In this document: positions 1 through 9,105 of the stretch, one piece after another
Layout of the letters: each line of letters opens with the position of its first letter
How positions within the stretch are numbered: position 1 is the first letter of the stretch
Assembly: GCF_016026235.1 (NCBI RefSeq)
Contig: NZ_CP065613.1
DNA length: 64,000 nt
Direction: 5' to 3' (one strand)
Source of the DNA: Escherichia coli
GTDB taxonomy: Bacteria; Pseudomonadota; Gammaproteobacteria; Enterobacterales; Enterobacteriaceae
The notes under the pieces: generated by a model
What the model saw: only the letters and a program-made list of their open reading frames with translations
Told to the model about the DNA's origin: nothing
The model's database searches: none
Program-made: the position numbers and the translations under genes

Positions 1-156
1 AAACGCCCAACCGGGATGCTGACCAACAGTAATATGGAAGAGATGACCAAGTTGCTGGGCGAACGCGTGATGGACCGTATGCGCCTGGGTAACAGTTTGT
101 GGGTGATCTTCAACTGGGATAGCTACCGTAGCCGGGTAACAGGTAAAGAGTATTAA
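1..156 (+). CDS. dnaC: DnaC helicase loader, 3' end only (5' part lies outside the window)
   Basis: Frame 1 translation ends ...MEEMTKLLGERVMDRMRLGNSLWVIFNWDSYRSRVTGKEY with TAA at 154..156, which I recognise as the DnaC C-terminus; order dnaC-yjjA-opgB as in K-12. Confidence 0.8.
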   Translation, partial: KRPTGMLTNSNMEEMTKLLGERVMDRMRLGNSLWVIFNWDSYRSRVTGKEY

Positions 157-201
157 TCCCCGTTTCTGGCGGTATACTGCGACACAATTCCACCTTGAGT
201 A

Positions 202-699
202 ATGATGATGAAAACTGTTAAACATCTTCTGTGCTGTGCCATTGCCGCCAGCGCATTAATTTCCACCGGGGTGCATGCTGCGTCCTGGAAAGATGCGCTC
301 TCCAGCGCCGCCAGCGAACTTGGTAACCAAAACAGCACGACACAGGAAGGCGGTTGGTCGCTCGCGTCATTAACTAACTTGCTTAGCAGCGGGAACCAGG
401 CCTTAAGCGCAGATAACATGAACAACGCCGCAGGCATTCTGCAATACTGCGCGAAGCAAAAGCTGGCGTCGGTAACCGATGCCGAAAACATCAAGAACCA
501 GGTGCTGGAAAAGCTGGGCCTGAACAGTGAAGAGCAAAAAGAAGACACCAACTATCTGGATGGCATTCAGGGTTTGCTGAAAACCAAAGATGGTCAGCAA
601 CTCAATCTGGATAACATCGGAACGACTCCGCTGGCAGAAAAGGTGAAAACCAAAGCCTGCGATCTGGTGTTAAAGCAGGGGCTGAACTTCATTTCCTGA
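202..699 (+). CDS. yjjA: YjjA, small secreted protein of unknown function
   Basis: 165-aa ORF with signal-peptide-like N-terminus (MMMKTVKHLLCCAIAASALISTGVHA); sits between dnaC and opgB; true start may be one of the three consecutive ATGs. Confidence 0.8.
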   Translation: MMMKTVKHLLCCAIAASALISTGVHAASWKDALSSAASELGNQNSTTQEGGWSLASLTNLLSSGNQALSADNMNNAAGILQYCAKQKLASVTDAENIKNQVLEKLGLNSEEQKEDTNYLDGIQGLLKTKDGQQLNLDNIGTTPLAEKVKTKACDLVLKQGLNFIS

Positions 700-952
700 A
701 CCGCGAAACGCCGCGTTTTAGCTGTTACCCGGCTGACGCGGCTCTCTCCTGCCCTTTTCCCTGCTTCTGGACGGTTTTCCCCCTGTTACACGGGAAGCGA
801 CCGCGATCAAAAAAGTCTGTTTATAAACTAATTCCTAACAACATCGCATTTTTTTGACACTAGAATTGCAGCAATATGGCGACGCCATTACATTGTGCTT
901 CTCAAAAAGCTTAAACGTTGGCTAAACGGCCCGGTTTAGTGAGGATCGCCCG

Positions 953-3244
953 TTGTCAGAACTACTCTCTTTCGCCCTTTTTCTCGCCTCTGTGCTAATT
1001 TACGCATGGAAAGCGGGACGTAACACCTGGTGGTTTGCAGCCACATTAACGGTGCTGGGGCTATTTGTCGTTTTAAATATCACCCTGTTTGCCAGCGACT
1101 ATTTTACTGGCGATGGTATTAACGACGCGGTTCTCTATACCTTAACCAACAGCCTGACCGGTGCTGGCGTCAGCAAATACATCCTGCCGGGTATCGGCAT
1201 TGTGCTGGGGCTGACAGCGGTGTTCGGTGCGCTGGGCTGGATCCTGCGCCGTCGTCGCCATCATCCGCACCATTTTGGTTACAGCCTGCTGGCGCTCTTA
1301 CTGGCGCTGGGTTCGGTGGACGCCAGCCCGGCATTTCGTCAGATAACGGAACTGGTGAAATCCCAGTCACGCGATGGCGACCCGGACTTTGCGGCTTATT
1401 ATAAAGAGCCGTCGAAAACTATCCCTGACCCGAAACTCAACCTGGTTTATATCTACGGCGAAAGTCTCGAGCGGACCTATTTTGATAACGAAGCTTTCCC
1501 GGATCTCACGCCTGAACTGGGCGCGTTGAAAAATGAAGGCCTGGATTTCAGCCACACGCAGCAGCTGCCAGGAACGGATTACACGATTGCGGGCATGGTG
1601 GCTTCTCAGTGCGGCATACCGCTGTTTGCCCCCTTTGAAGGCAACGCCTCCGCCTCTGTCTCCAGCTTCTTCCCGCAGAACATCTGTCTGGGCGATATCC
1701 TGAAAAACTCGGGTTATCAGAACTATTTCGTGCAGGGCGCGAATCTGCGTTTTGCCGGTAAAGATGTGTTCCTGAAGTCGCATGGCTTCGACCACTTATA
1801 CGGCTCAGAAGAGCTGAAAAGCGTGGTGGCCGACCCGCACTATCGCAACGACTGGGGATTCTACGACGATACCGTTCTCGATGAAGCGTGGAAAAAGTTT
1901 GAAGAGCTTTCCCGCTCAGGTCAGCGATTCTCACTGTTTACCCTGACAGTCGATACCCATCACCCGGATGGTTTTATCTCGCGTACCTGTAACCGCAAAA
2001 AATATGATTTTGACGGTAAGCCGAACCAGTCATTCAGCGCGGTAAGTTGCAGCCAGGAGAATATCGCGGCGTTTATCAACAAAATCAAAGCGTCACCGTG
2101 GTTTAAAGATACCGTCATCGTCGTCTCTTCTGACCATTTAGCGATGAACAACACGGCGTGGAAATACCTCAATAAGCAGGATCGCAATAACCTGTTTTTT
2201 GTCATCCGTGGCGACAAGCCGCAGCAAGAGACGCTGGCAGTGAAGCGTAACACGATGGATAACGGCGCGACGGTGCTGGACATTCTCGGTGGCGATAACT
2301 ATCTCGGACTTGGTCGTAGCAGTTTATCCGGGCAGTCGATGTCGGAAATCTTCCTCAATATCAAAGAGAAAACATTGGCGTGGAAGCCGGATATCATCCG
2401 CCTGTGGAAATTCCCTAAAGAGATGAAAGAGTTCACCATCGACCAGCAGAAAAACATGATTGCCTTCTCGGGTAGCCATTTCCGTTTGCCGCTGCTGTTG
2501 CGGGTTTCAGACAAACGCGTGGAACCGCTGCCGGAAAGCGAATACTCAGCACCGCTGCGTTTCCAGCTGGCCGATTTCGCTCCACGCGACAATTTCGTCT
2601 GGGTTGACCGTTGCTATAAGATGGCACAACTCTGGGCTCCGGAACTGGCACTTTCCACCGACTGGTGTGTCTCGCAAGGGCAGCTTGGCGGTCAGCAAAT
2701 TGTCCAGCATGTTGACAAAACAACATGGAAGGGCAAAACGGCATTTAAAGATACGGTCATCGACATGGCGCGTTACAAAGGCAATGTCGATACGCTGAAG
2801 ATTGTTGATAACGATATTCGCTACAAAGCCGACAGTTTCATCTTTAACGTCGCCGGTGCGCCAGAAGAGGTGAAACAGTTTAGCGGAATTTCCCGTCCGG
2901 AGTCGTGGGGCCGCTGGTCCAACGCGCAACTGGGCGATGAAGTAAAAATCGAGTACAAGCATCCGCTGCCGAAGAAATTTGACCTGGTGATTACCGCCAA
3001 AGCATACGGCAATAACGCCAGCCGTCCTATTCCGGTACGCGTAGGCAATGAAGAACAAACCCTTGTGCTGGGCAATGAAGTGACCACCACCACACTGCAT
3101 TTCGATAACCCAACCGATGCCGACACACTGGTAATTGTGCCGCCGGAACCTGTCTCAACCAACGAAGGGAATATCCTCGGACACTCGCCGCGTAAGCTCG
3201 GGATCGGCATGGTGGAAATTAAAGTGGTGGAACGTGAAGGATAA
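953..3244 (+). CDS. opgB: Phosphoglycerol transferase I (osmoregulated periplasmic glucan biosynthesis)
   Basis: 763-aa ORF ([28 protein letters not shown]...) recognised as OpgB/MdoB; TTG start at 953; N-terminal membrane segments plus sulfatase-like domain. Confidence 0.9.
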   Translation: MSELLSFALFLASVLIYAWKAGRNTWWFAATLTVLGLFVVLNITLFASDYFTGDGINDAVLYTLTNSLTGAGVSKYILPGIGIVLGLTAVFGALGWILRRRRHHPHHFGYSLLALLLALGSVDASPAFRQITELVKSQSRDGDPDFAAYYKEPSKTIPDPKLNLVYIYGESLERTYFDNEAFPDLTPELGALKNEGLDFSHTQQLPGTDYTIAGMVASQCGIPLFAPFEGNASASVSSFFPQNICLGDILKNSGYQNYFVQGANLRFAGKDVFLKSHGFDHLYGSEELKSVVADPHYRNDWGFYDDTVLDEAWKKFEELSRSGQRFSLFTLTVDTHHPDGFISRTCNRKKYDFDGKPNQSFSAVSCSQENIAAFINKIKASPWFKDTVIVVSSDHLAMNNTAWKYLNKQDRNNLFFVIRGDKPQQETLAVKRNTMDNGATVLDILGGDNYLGLGRSSLSGQSMSEIFLNIKEKTLAWKPDIIRLWKFPKEMKEFTIDQQKNMIAFSGSHFRLPLLLRVSDKRVEPLPESEYSAPLRFQLADFAPRDNFVWVDRCYKMAQLWAPELALSTDWCVSQGQLGGQQIVQHVDKTTWKGKTAFKDTVIDMARYKGNVDTLKIVDNDIRYKADSFIFNVAGAPEEVKQFSGISRPESWGRWSNAQLGDEVKIEYKHPLPKKFDLVITAKAYGNNASRPIPVRVGNEEQTLVLGNEVTTTTLHFDNPTDADTLVIVPPEPVSTNEGNILGHSPRKLGIGMVEIKVVEREG

Positions 3245-3256
3245 TTCCTGACTGAT

Positions 3257-3285
3257 GTGTAGGTCGCATAAGGTGCGACCTACAC
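3257..3285. other. Perfect 12-bp-stem hairpin (gtgtaggtcgca / tgcgacctacac, 5-nt loop) between convergent opgB and lgoD; REP-like, no U-tract
   Basis: Inverted repeat read directly from the sequence; the tail ctgcggcctaca resembles the end of REP elements. Confidence 0.35.
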
Positions 3286-3382
3286 ACCTTCTGCGGCCTA
3301 CAAAACATCATTGAGAAACAGAAAAAAACAGCGCCCAACATTTCCTCGGACGCTGCATGGCAACTTTAATAATCTCGCCTTA

Positions 3383-4403
3383 TCAGAAAGTAATTACACC
3401 CTTAATCAACTCACGATTGTTAATCACATCGCGCTCGTAGGTTTCTGCCAGCGTGGCGAACGGATAGCGATGGGTTAACATCATGTCAGCAGTGATTTTT
3501 CCTTCCGCCATCAGTCGACCGACTTTAGCAAAATCTTCCGGCGTGGCGTTGCGGCTACCCATCATCGTCGTTTCTTTTTTATGGAATTCCGGATCGGAGA
3601 ACTGCAACTCACCTTTAAACAGGCCGACAAATACCACCGTGCCGCCGTGACGAATCAAATTCACGGTGTTATTCATCGCATGTTGATTACCTGTCGCGTC
3701 GATCACTTTCTGCGCCAGCGAACCACCAAACTGCGCCCGTAGCTGCGCGTCAAAATCTTCGGCTGACGGGTCCAGTAAAGGTAATTCCAGACGCGTTGCC
3801 ACATGTTCACGGCGCGCCGGACTGGTATCCGCCACCACCACCTGTGCGCCATCGGCTTTAGCGATTGCCGCCGCGCCCAGACCGATTGGCCCCGCCCCGA
3901 CCACCAGCACCTGCTCGCCGGGAGCAATGGCTGCGCGACGCACCGCATGAGCGCTAATAGCGAAAGGTTCAATCAATGCTGCCGCCTGCGGGCAAAATGT
4001 TCGCCACCGGCACGCTCAAATACTCACTAAAACCGCCATCCTGATGCACGCCAATGACTGAAATTTTTTCACAGCAATTGGTACGCCCGCTTTTACACGC
4101 CGGACATTGCTGACAGGCAACATAAGGGATCACAGCAACTTGCTGACCATTTTTAAGATCAGCAATATTTTTACCCAGCCCAACAATCTCCCCACATATT
4201 TCATGGCCTAAAACCCGTGGATAACTAAAAAATGGTTGATTTCCACCCCAGGCATGAATATCGGTACCGCAAATCCCGACAGACTTAATTTTTATTAATG
4301 CTTCATTGTCACCCGGAATAGGTATCTCGCGTTGTTTCCAGACTAATTCTTTCGGCTGCTGGCAAATTAAAACATTCATCGTAGACATGATTCGGCTCTC
4401 CAT
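3383..4403 (-). pseudogene. lgoD: L-galactonate-5-dehydrogenase (zinc-dependent MDR family), reading frame split in two
   Basis: Two adjacent minus-strand ORFs (3969..4403, 144 aa, Zn-ADH N-terminal domain; 3383..3976, 197 aa, Rossmann domain GAGPIGLG) in different frames that together equal one LgoD/YjjN-length protein; the frame switch lies around 3966..4000 next to an A4/T4 run. Confidence 0.7.
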
Positions 4404-4526
4404 TTTTTGTTGCCTTAGATATCAATGAAAATGAAAAATGGCAGCGGAACGGAAAATCTGTTTTGTGAAAACACACGCATAAAAATGTTTTAAATCGGGT
4501 TTTAATGGACTCACAAGGAGGAAAAT

Positions 4527-5441
4527 ATGAGTCGTTCACAAAATTTACGCCACAATGTGATTAACCAGGTCATTGATGATATGGCGCGGGGTCATATCCC
4601 TTCCCCACTTCCATCGCAAAGTGCGCTGGCGGAAATGTACAACATCAGCCGCACTACAGTGCGTCATATTCTCAGCCACTTACGTGAATGCGGCGTCTTA
4701 ACGCAGGTTGGAAACGACTATGTGATTGCGCGTAAACCTGACCATGATGACGGTTTCGCCTGTACTACCGCTTCAATGAGTGAACAAAACAAAGTGTTTG
4801 AGCAGGCTTTTTTCACGATGATAAACCAGCGCCAGTTACGCCCTGGGGAAACTTTTTCTGAACTGCAACTGGCTCGGGCCGCGGGTGTCAGCCCGGTTGT
4901 AGTAAGAGAATATCTTTTAAAATTCGGCCGTTATAATCTTATTCAAAGCGAAAAGCGCGGCCAGTGGAGCATGAAGCAATTCGATCAATCCTACGCCGAG
5001 CAGCTGTTTGAACTACGCGAAATGCTCGAAACACATTCACTTCAGCACTTTCTCAACCTGCCTGATCATGATCCCCGCTGGCTGCAGGCGAAAACCATGC
5101 TCGAACGTCATCGGCTACTGCGTGACAACATCGGCAATAGCTTTCGCATGTTCTCGCAACTTGACAGAGATTTTCACTCCTTACTGCTTTCAGCTGCCGA
5201 CAATATCTTTTTTGATCAATCTCTTGAGATCATCTCAGTCATCTTTCATTTTCACTATCAATGGGACGAAAGCGATCTTAAACAGCGCAATATCATTGCC
5301 GTCGATGAGCATATGACCATTCTCAGCGCTCTGATTTGCCGCAGTGACCTTGATGCCACCCTTGCGCTCCGTAACCATTTGAATTCAGCTAAACAATCAA
5401 TGATTCGATCCATTAATGAGAACACGCGTTATGCTCATTAA
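4527..5441 (+). CDS. lgoR: GntR-family regulator of L-galactonate catabolism
   Basis: 304-aa ORF with N-terminal winged-helix (GntR-like) region; order lgoD-lgoR-lgoT as in K-12 yjjN-yjjM-yjiZ. Confidence 0.85.
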   Translation: MSRSQNLRHNVINQVIDDMARGHIPSPLPSQSALAEMYNISRTTVRHILSHLRECGVLTQVGNDYVIARKPDHDDGFACTTASMSEQNKVFEQAFFTMINQRQLRPGETFSELQLARAAGVSPVVVREYLLKFGRYNLIQSEKRGQWSMKQFDQSYAEQLFELREMLETHSLQHFLNLPDHDPRWLQAKTMLERHRLLRDNIGNSFRMFSQLDRDFHSLLLSAADNIFFDQSLEIISVIFHFHYQWDESDLKQRNIIAVDEHMTILSALICRSDLDATLALRNHLNSAKQSMIRSINENTRYAH

Positions 5442-5654
5442 GTACGGATTAAAAACAGCAAACTATTAGCGGTGCACGGTTTTATCAAAAGATAAATACC
5501 GGGAAATTCCCGCTTACCTATGCTCACAATCAGTCGACTAAAAATGTTTTTGTGAGCGGTAGTAAAGTCCTAAAACTTTAACCTGCCGTTAATGTCAACC
5601 TTGCGTAATGCACAATTACGTAAACAATTAAAATTATAAATACAGGAGTCCGGC

Positions 5655-7016
5655 GTGGAAAAAGAAAATATCACCCTCGATCCGCGTTCTTCATTTACTC
5701 CATCTTCGTCGGCAGATATTCCCGTGCCACCAGATGGATTAGTTCAACGCAGTACCCGAATTAAACGCATTCAAACCACCGCCATGTTGTTATTATTTTT
5801 TGCGGCGGTAATCAATTATCTCGACCGCAGTTCGCTGTCGGTAGCAAATTTAACGATTCGTGAAGAATTGGGATTAAGTGCCACCGAAATCGGCGCTTTG
5901 CTCTCCGTGTTTTCACTCGCTTACGGGATTGCGCAACTTCCTTGCGGCCCACTATTGGATCGTAAAGGCCCACGCCTGATGCTGGGACTGGGGATGTTCT
6001 TCTGGTCACTGTTCCAGGCCATGTCTGGCATGGTGCACAGCTTTACGCAGTTCGTGTTGGTGCGTATCGGTATGGGGATTGGTGAAGCGCCGATGAACCC
6101 ATGTGGCGTAAAAGTCATTAACGACTGGTTCAACATCAAAGAGCGCGGACGCCCGATGGGCTTCTTCAACGCAGCTTCTACCATTGGCGTTGCCGTAAGC
6201 CCACCGATTCTGGCGGCGATGATGCTGGTGATGGGCTGGCGTGGGATGTTTATTACCATTGGTGTGCTGGGGATTTTTCTCGCCATTGGCTGGTATATGC
6301 TCTATCGCAACCGCGAGCACGTAGAACTGACTGCCGTTGAACAAGCTTATCTCAATGCAGGTAGCGTCAATGCCCGCCGAGATCCGCTCAGTTTTGCCGA
6401 ATGGCGCAGCCTGTTCCGTAACCGCACAATGTGGGGAATGATGCTCGGATTCAGTGGCATCAACTACACTGCGTGGCTGTATCTGGCCTGGCTTCCTGGT
6501 TACCTGCAAACAGCCTATAACCTGGATTTAAAAAGCACAGGGTTGATGGCGGCTATCCCTTTCCTGTTTGGGGCTGCCGGGATGCTGGTCAACGGTTACG
6601 TTACTGACTGGCTGGTCAAAGGGGGAATGGCTCCGATTAAAAGCCGTAAGATCTGCATTATTGCCGGGATGTTCTGTTCTGCCGCCTTTACGCTGGTCGT
6701 ACCGCAAGCGACAACATCCATGACGGCGGTTCTGCTGATTGGCATGGCACTGTTCTGTATTCACTTTGCCGGAACATCCTGCTGGGGCTTGATCCACGTC
6801 GCAGTTGCTTCTCGCATGACGGCGTCGGTGGGCAGTATCCAGAACTTTGCCAGCTTCATCTGCGTCTCTTTTGCGCCGATCATTACTGGTTTTATTGTTG
6901 ATACCACCCACTCATTCCGTCTGGCACTAATCATCTGCGGTTGCGTCACCGCAGCGGGAGCACTGGCGTACATCTTCCTGGTTCGTCAGCCGATCAACGA
7001 CCCGCGTAAAGATTAA
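5655..7016 (+). CDS. lgoT: MFS transporter, L-galactonate:H+ symporter
   Basis: 453-aa ORF with 12 predicted TM segments (MFS); GTG start; position between lgoR and tsr. Confidence 0.85.
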   Translation: MEKENITLDPRSSFTPSSSADIPVPPDGLVQRSTRIKRIQTTAMLLLFFAAVINYLDRSSLSVANLTIREELGLSATEIGALLSVFSLAYGIAQLPCGPLLDRKGPRLMLGLGMFFWSLFQAMSGMVHSFTQFVLVRIGMGIGEAPMNPCGVKVINDWFNIKERGRPMGFFNAASTIGVAVSPPILAAMMLVMGWRGMFITIGVLGIFLAIGWYMLYRNREHVELTAVEQAYLNAGSVNARRDPLSFAEWRSLFRNRTMWGMMLGFSGINYTAWLYLAWLPGYLQTAYNLDLKSTGLMAAIPFLFGAAGMLVNGYVTDWLVKGGMAPIKSRKICIIAGMFCSAAFTLVVPQATTSMTAVLLIGMALFCIHFAGTSCWGLIHVAVASRMTASVGSIQNFASFICVSFAPIITGFIVDTTHSFRLALIICGCVTAAGALAYIFLVRQPINDPRKD

Positions 7017-7023
7017 ACTCCCT

Positions 7024-7058
7024 ATGCCCGATAACATTTTGCTTATCGGGCATTTTTA
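7024..7058. terminator. Rho-independent terminator for lgoT, possibly bidirectional with tsr
   Basis: Stem atgcccgataa / ttatcgggcat with 8-nt loop followed by TTTT, between lgoT stop (7016) and tsr stop (7065). Confidence 0.5.
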
Positions 7059-7064
7059 TGGCGA

Positions 7065-8729
7065 TTAAAACGTTTCCCAGTTCTCCCCGCTATCTGCCAC
7101 TGCCATTTTACGCGGCGTAGCTGGCGTCACGTTTTTTACCACAGCCGATGTTTCACGCTGCTGTTGCTGCTGTTGCTGAATCCGGAACACTGCCACAGCT
7201 TCGGTCAGGCGACTGGCCTGCTCTTCCAGCGCGGCGGCGGCAGCGGCAGATTCTTCCACCAGCGCAGCGTTCTGTTGAGTTACCCGGTCCATCTCAGCAA
7301 CCGCTAAGCCAACCTGATCGATACCACGGCTCTGCTCATCAGAAGCAGAAGCAATTTCGCCCATAATGTCCGTCACGCGGGTCACGGCACTGACAATCTC
7401 CGCCATTGTTTCCCCTGCGCTTTCGACCAGCGTAGAGCCAACATCTACTTTCCCCACCGAGTCTTCAATCAGGCTTTTAATTTCACGAGCCGCCTGAGCG
7501 CTGCGCTGGGCCAGATTACGCACTTCACCCGCGACCACCGCAAAACCGCGCCCTTGCTCACCCGCGCGCGCTGCTTCAACCGCCGCGTTCAAAGCCAGAA
7601 TATTGGTCTGGAAGGCAATGCCGTCAATTACGCTGATAATATCGGCGATTTTCTGCGAACTGGTGGAGATATCGCGCATAGTCTGCACCACGTTATCTAC
7701 CACTTTGCCGCCGCGTTGCGCCGTTTCAGAAGCACTTAACGCCAGGTGGCTGGCCTGGCGCGCATTTTCGGCGTTCTGTTTCACCGTTGCGGTCAGTTGC
7801 TCCATGCTGGCTGCCGTCTCTTCCAGCGAAGCGGCCTGTTGCTCGGTGCGCGAAGAGAGATCGTTATTGCCGGTAGCGATTTCGCTGGCACCGCTATAGA
7901 TGGCATTGGCCCCGTTGCGCACATCACCGACGGTACGCATCAGCTCTCCCTGCATATGGCGCAAACTCTCTGCCAGTTGCCCCATCTCATTAGAGCCATC
8001 CACCTCAATCGGTTTCACCAGATCGCCGCCTGCAATATGACGAATGCTGTCAATCAGGCGATTCATTGGCGCTACCAACGAGGCTTTAATACCGAACCAG
8101 ACGGCGAAGATGACTGCCAGTACGACGATCATCACGCCCACCAGAATCCACATCGCCTGGCTGTAGGAGGCATTATTATCGCTGACGGCGATATCATAGA
8201 GCCGATCGTTTTGCTCCATGTAAGCCACATACTGCTTCTCGAAACCGTCCTGATATCCCTGGGTCGGCTGATCAAAGAACTCGTTGATTTTGCCTGCACC
8301 TAACAGTTGGATCAGCTCCGCCAGCGCATTGTGATAAATATCGTAATTACGTTTGATCTCTGCCGCTGCGGCGGTGCTCTGACGCGGGTCACGCGGCAAC
8401 GCTTCGTAATCCGCCCAGTTTTTTTCCGCCTGTTTCAGCGAAATACTGGCACTCTCCATCAGCTCAGCAACGGTTGAACCGCTACCAATATTATTCTGAT
8501 CCATCATGTAGCGGATACCCGCGCGGTTGAGGGTGTTACGCGTCTGCAACAACGCGACCCAGCTGCCATTCAGCGTGGATTGCTGCTGGCGAATGGTTTG
8601 TAAAACAGTGAAATTTTCTTTGTCATTCTTTAAGGCATTAAAGAACAGACCGCCTGATGTCAGTTGTAAAAGGCCAAAAACGGCCAAAACCAGCAGTAAG
8701 CTGGTCACAATTTTGATACGTTTTAACAT
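7065..8729 (-). CDS. tsr: Methyl-accepting chemotaxis protein I (serine chemoreceptor)
   Basis: 554-aa [30 protein letters not shown]... with HAMP and MCP signalling domains and C-terminal NWETF pentapeptide; contains a Q7 tract ([10 protein letters not shown]) encoded by (CTG/TTG)7 at 7158..7178. Confidence 0.9.
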   Translation of the reverse strand: MLKRIKIVTSLLLVLAVFGLLQLTSGGLFFNALKNDKENFTVLQTIRQQQSTLNGSWVALLQTRNTLNRAGIRYMMDQNNIGSGSTVAELMESASISLKQAEKNWADYEALPRDPRQSTAAAAEIKRNYDIYHNALAELIQLLGAGKINEFFDQPTQGYQDGFEKQYVAYMEQNDRLYDIAVSDNNASYSQAMWILVGVMIVVLAVIFAVWFGIKASLVAPMNRLIDSIRHIAGGDLVKPIEVDGSNEMGQLAESLRHMQGELMRTVGDVRNGANAIYSGASEIATGNNDLSSRTEQQAASLEETAASMEQLTATVKQNAENARQASHLALSASETAQRGGKVVDNVVQTMRDISTSSQKIADIISVIDGIAFQTNILALNAAVEAARAGEQGRGFAVVAGEVRNLAQRSAQAAREIKSLIEDSVGKVDVGSTLVESAGETMAEIVSAVTRVTDIMGEIASASDEQSRGIDQVGLAVAEMDRVTQQNAALVEESAAAAAALEEQASRLTEAVAVFRIQQQQQQQRETSAVVKNVTPATPRKMAVADSGENWETF

Positions 8730-8877
8730 GGTTTCTCTTTCCTGTGGACCGATGCAAGATTTTCGGCCAGGAAAGGAAAAACTTTATGAATATCCCGCGG
8801 AGATTACGCCGAGTAATTTTATTCACACTCTGAATTTAAAAAGCCATTATTTACATAAATTACTCACAATATAAATA

Positions 8878-8893
8878 TGTGATATGAATCACA
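8878..8893. promoter_or_regulatory. Consensus CRP-binding site TGTGA-N6-TCACA in the tsr-btsT intergenic region
   Basis: tgtgatatgaatcaca read directly; lies inside a longer palindrome aaatatgtgatatgaatcacatattt; established CRP consensus. Confidence 0.55.
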
Positions 8894-8941
8894 TATTTAT
8901 CGTCACTTAAACGACGCCTTTGCCGCTCAACCGCAAAACTG

Positions 8942-8970
8942 ACCGCTTACATCCCTAAAATAACCACTCA
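8942..8970 (+). promoter_or_regulatory. BtsR (YehT) LytTR-type binding site: direct repeat ACCGCTTA-N13-ACCACTCA upstream of btsT
   Basis: Two 8-bp direct repeats with a 13-bp spacer, matching the ACC(G/A)CT(C/T)A-N13 motif reported for the yjiY promoter. Confidence 0.5.
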
Positions 8971-9105
8971 GTTATTTACCTTACTTTACGCGCGCGTAAC
9001 TCTGGCAACATCACTACAGGATAGCGGTCAATTTACCTCCTCAAACGCAACGCAAACCTAGAACGGCTTCGGCCAACTATTAATCAATACATGCCAGGTT
9101 TTACT

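Noticed and set aside
3257-3285. Hairpin after opgB as a rho-independent terminator
   Set aside because: Perfect 12-bp stem but no downstream U-tract on either strand; more consistent with a REP-like palindrome, so it is listed only as a hairpin with low confidence.
5812-6911. Several 65-170-aa ORFs antisense to lgoT, and similar antisense ORFs inside opgB, uxuB, uxuA, fecA and fecD
   Set aside because: All lie wholly inside recognised genes on the opposite strand, lack ribosome-binding sites, and have biased composition. Treated as non-coding.
7158-7178. Short tandem repeat as a possible CRISPR or VNTR locus
   Set aside because: It is an in-frame (CTG/TTG)7 run encoding poly-Q inside tsr. 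There are no spacers and no repeat-spacer periodicity, and no CRISPR array was found anywhere in the window.
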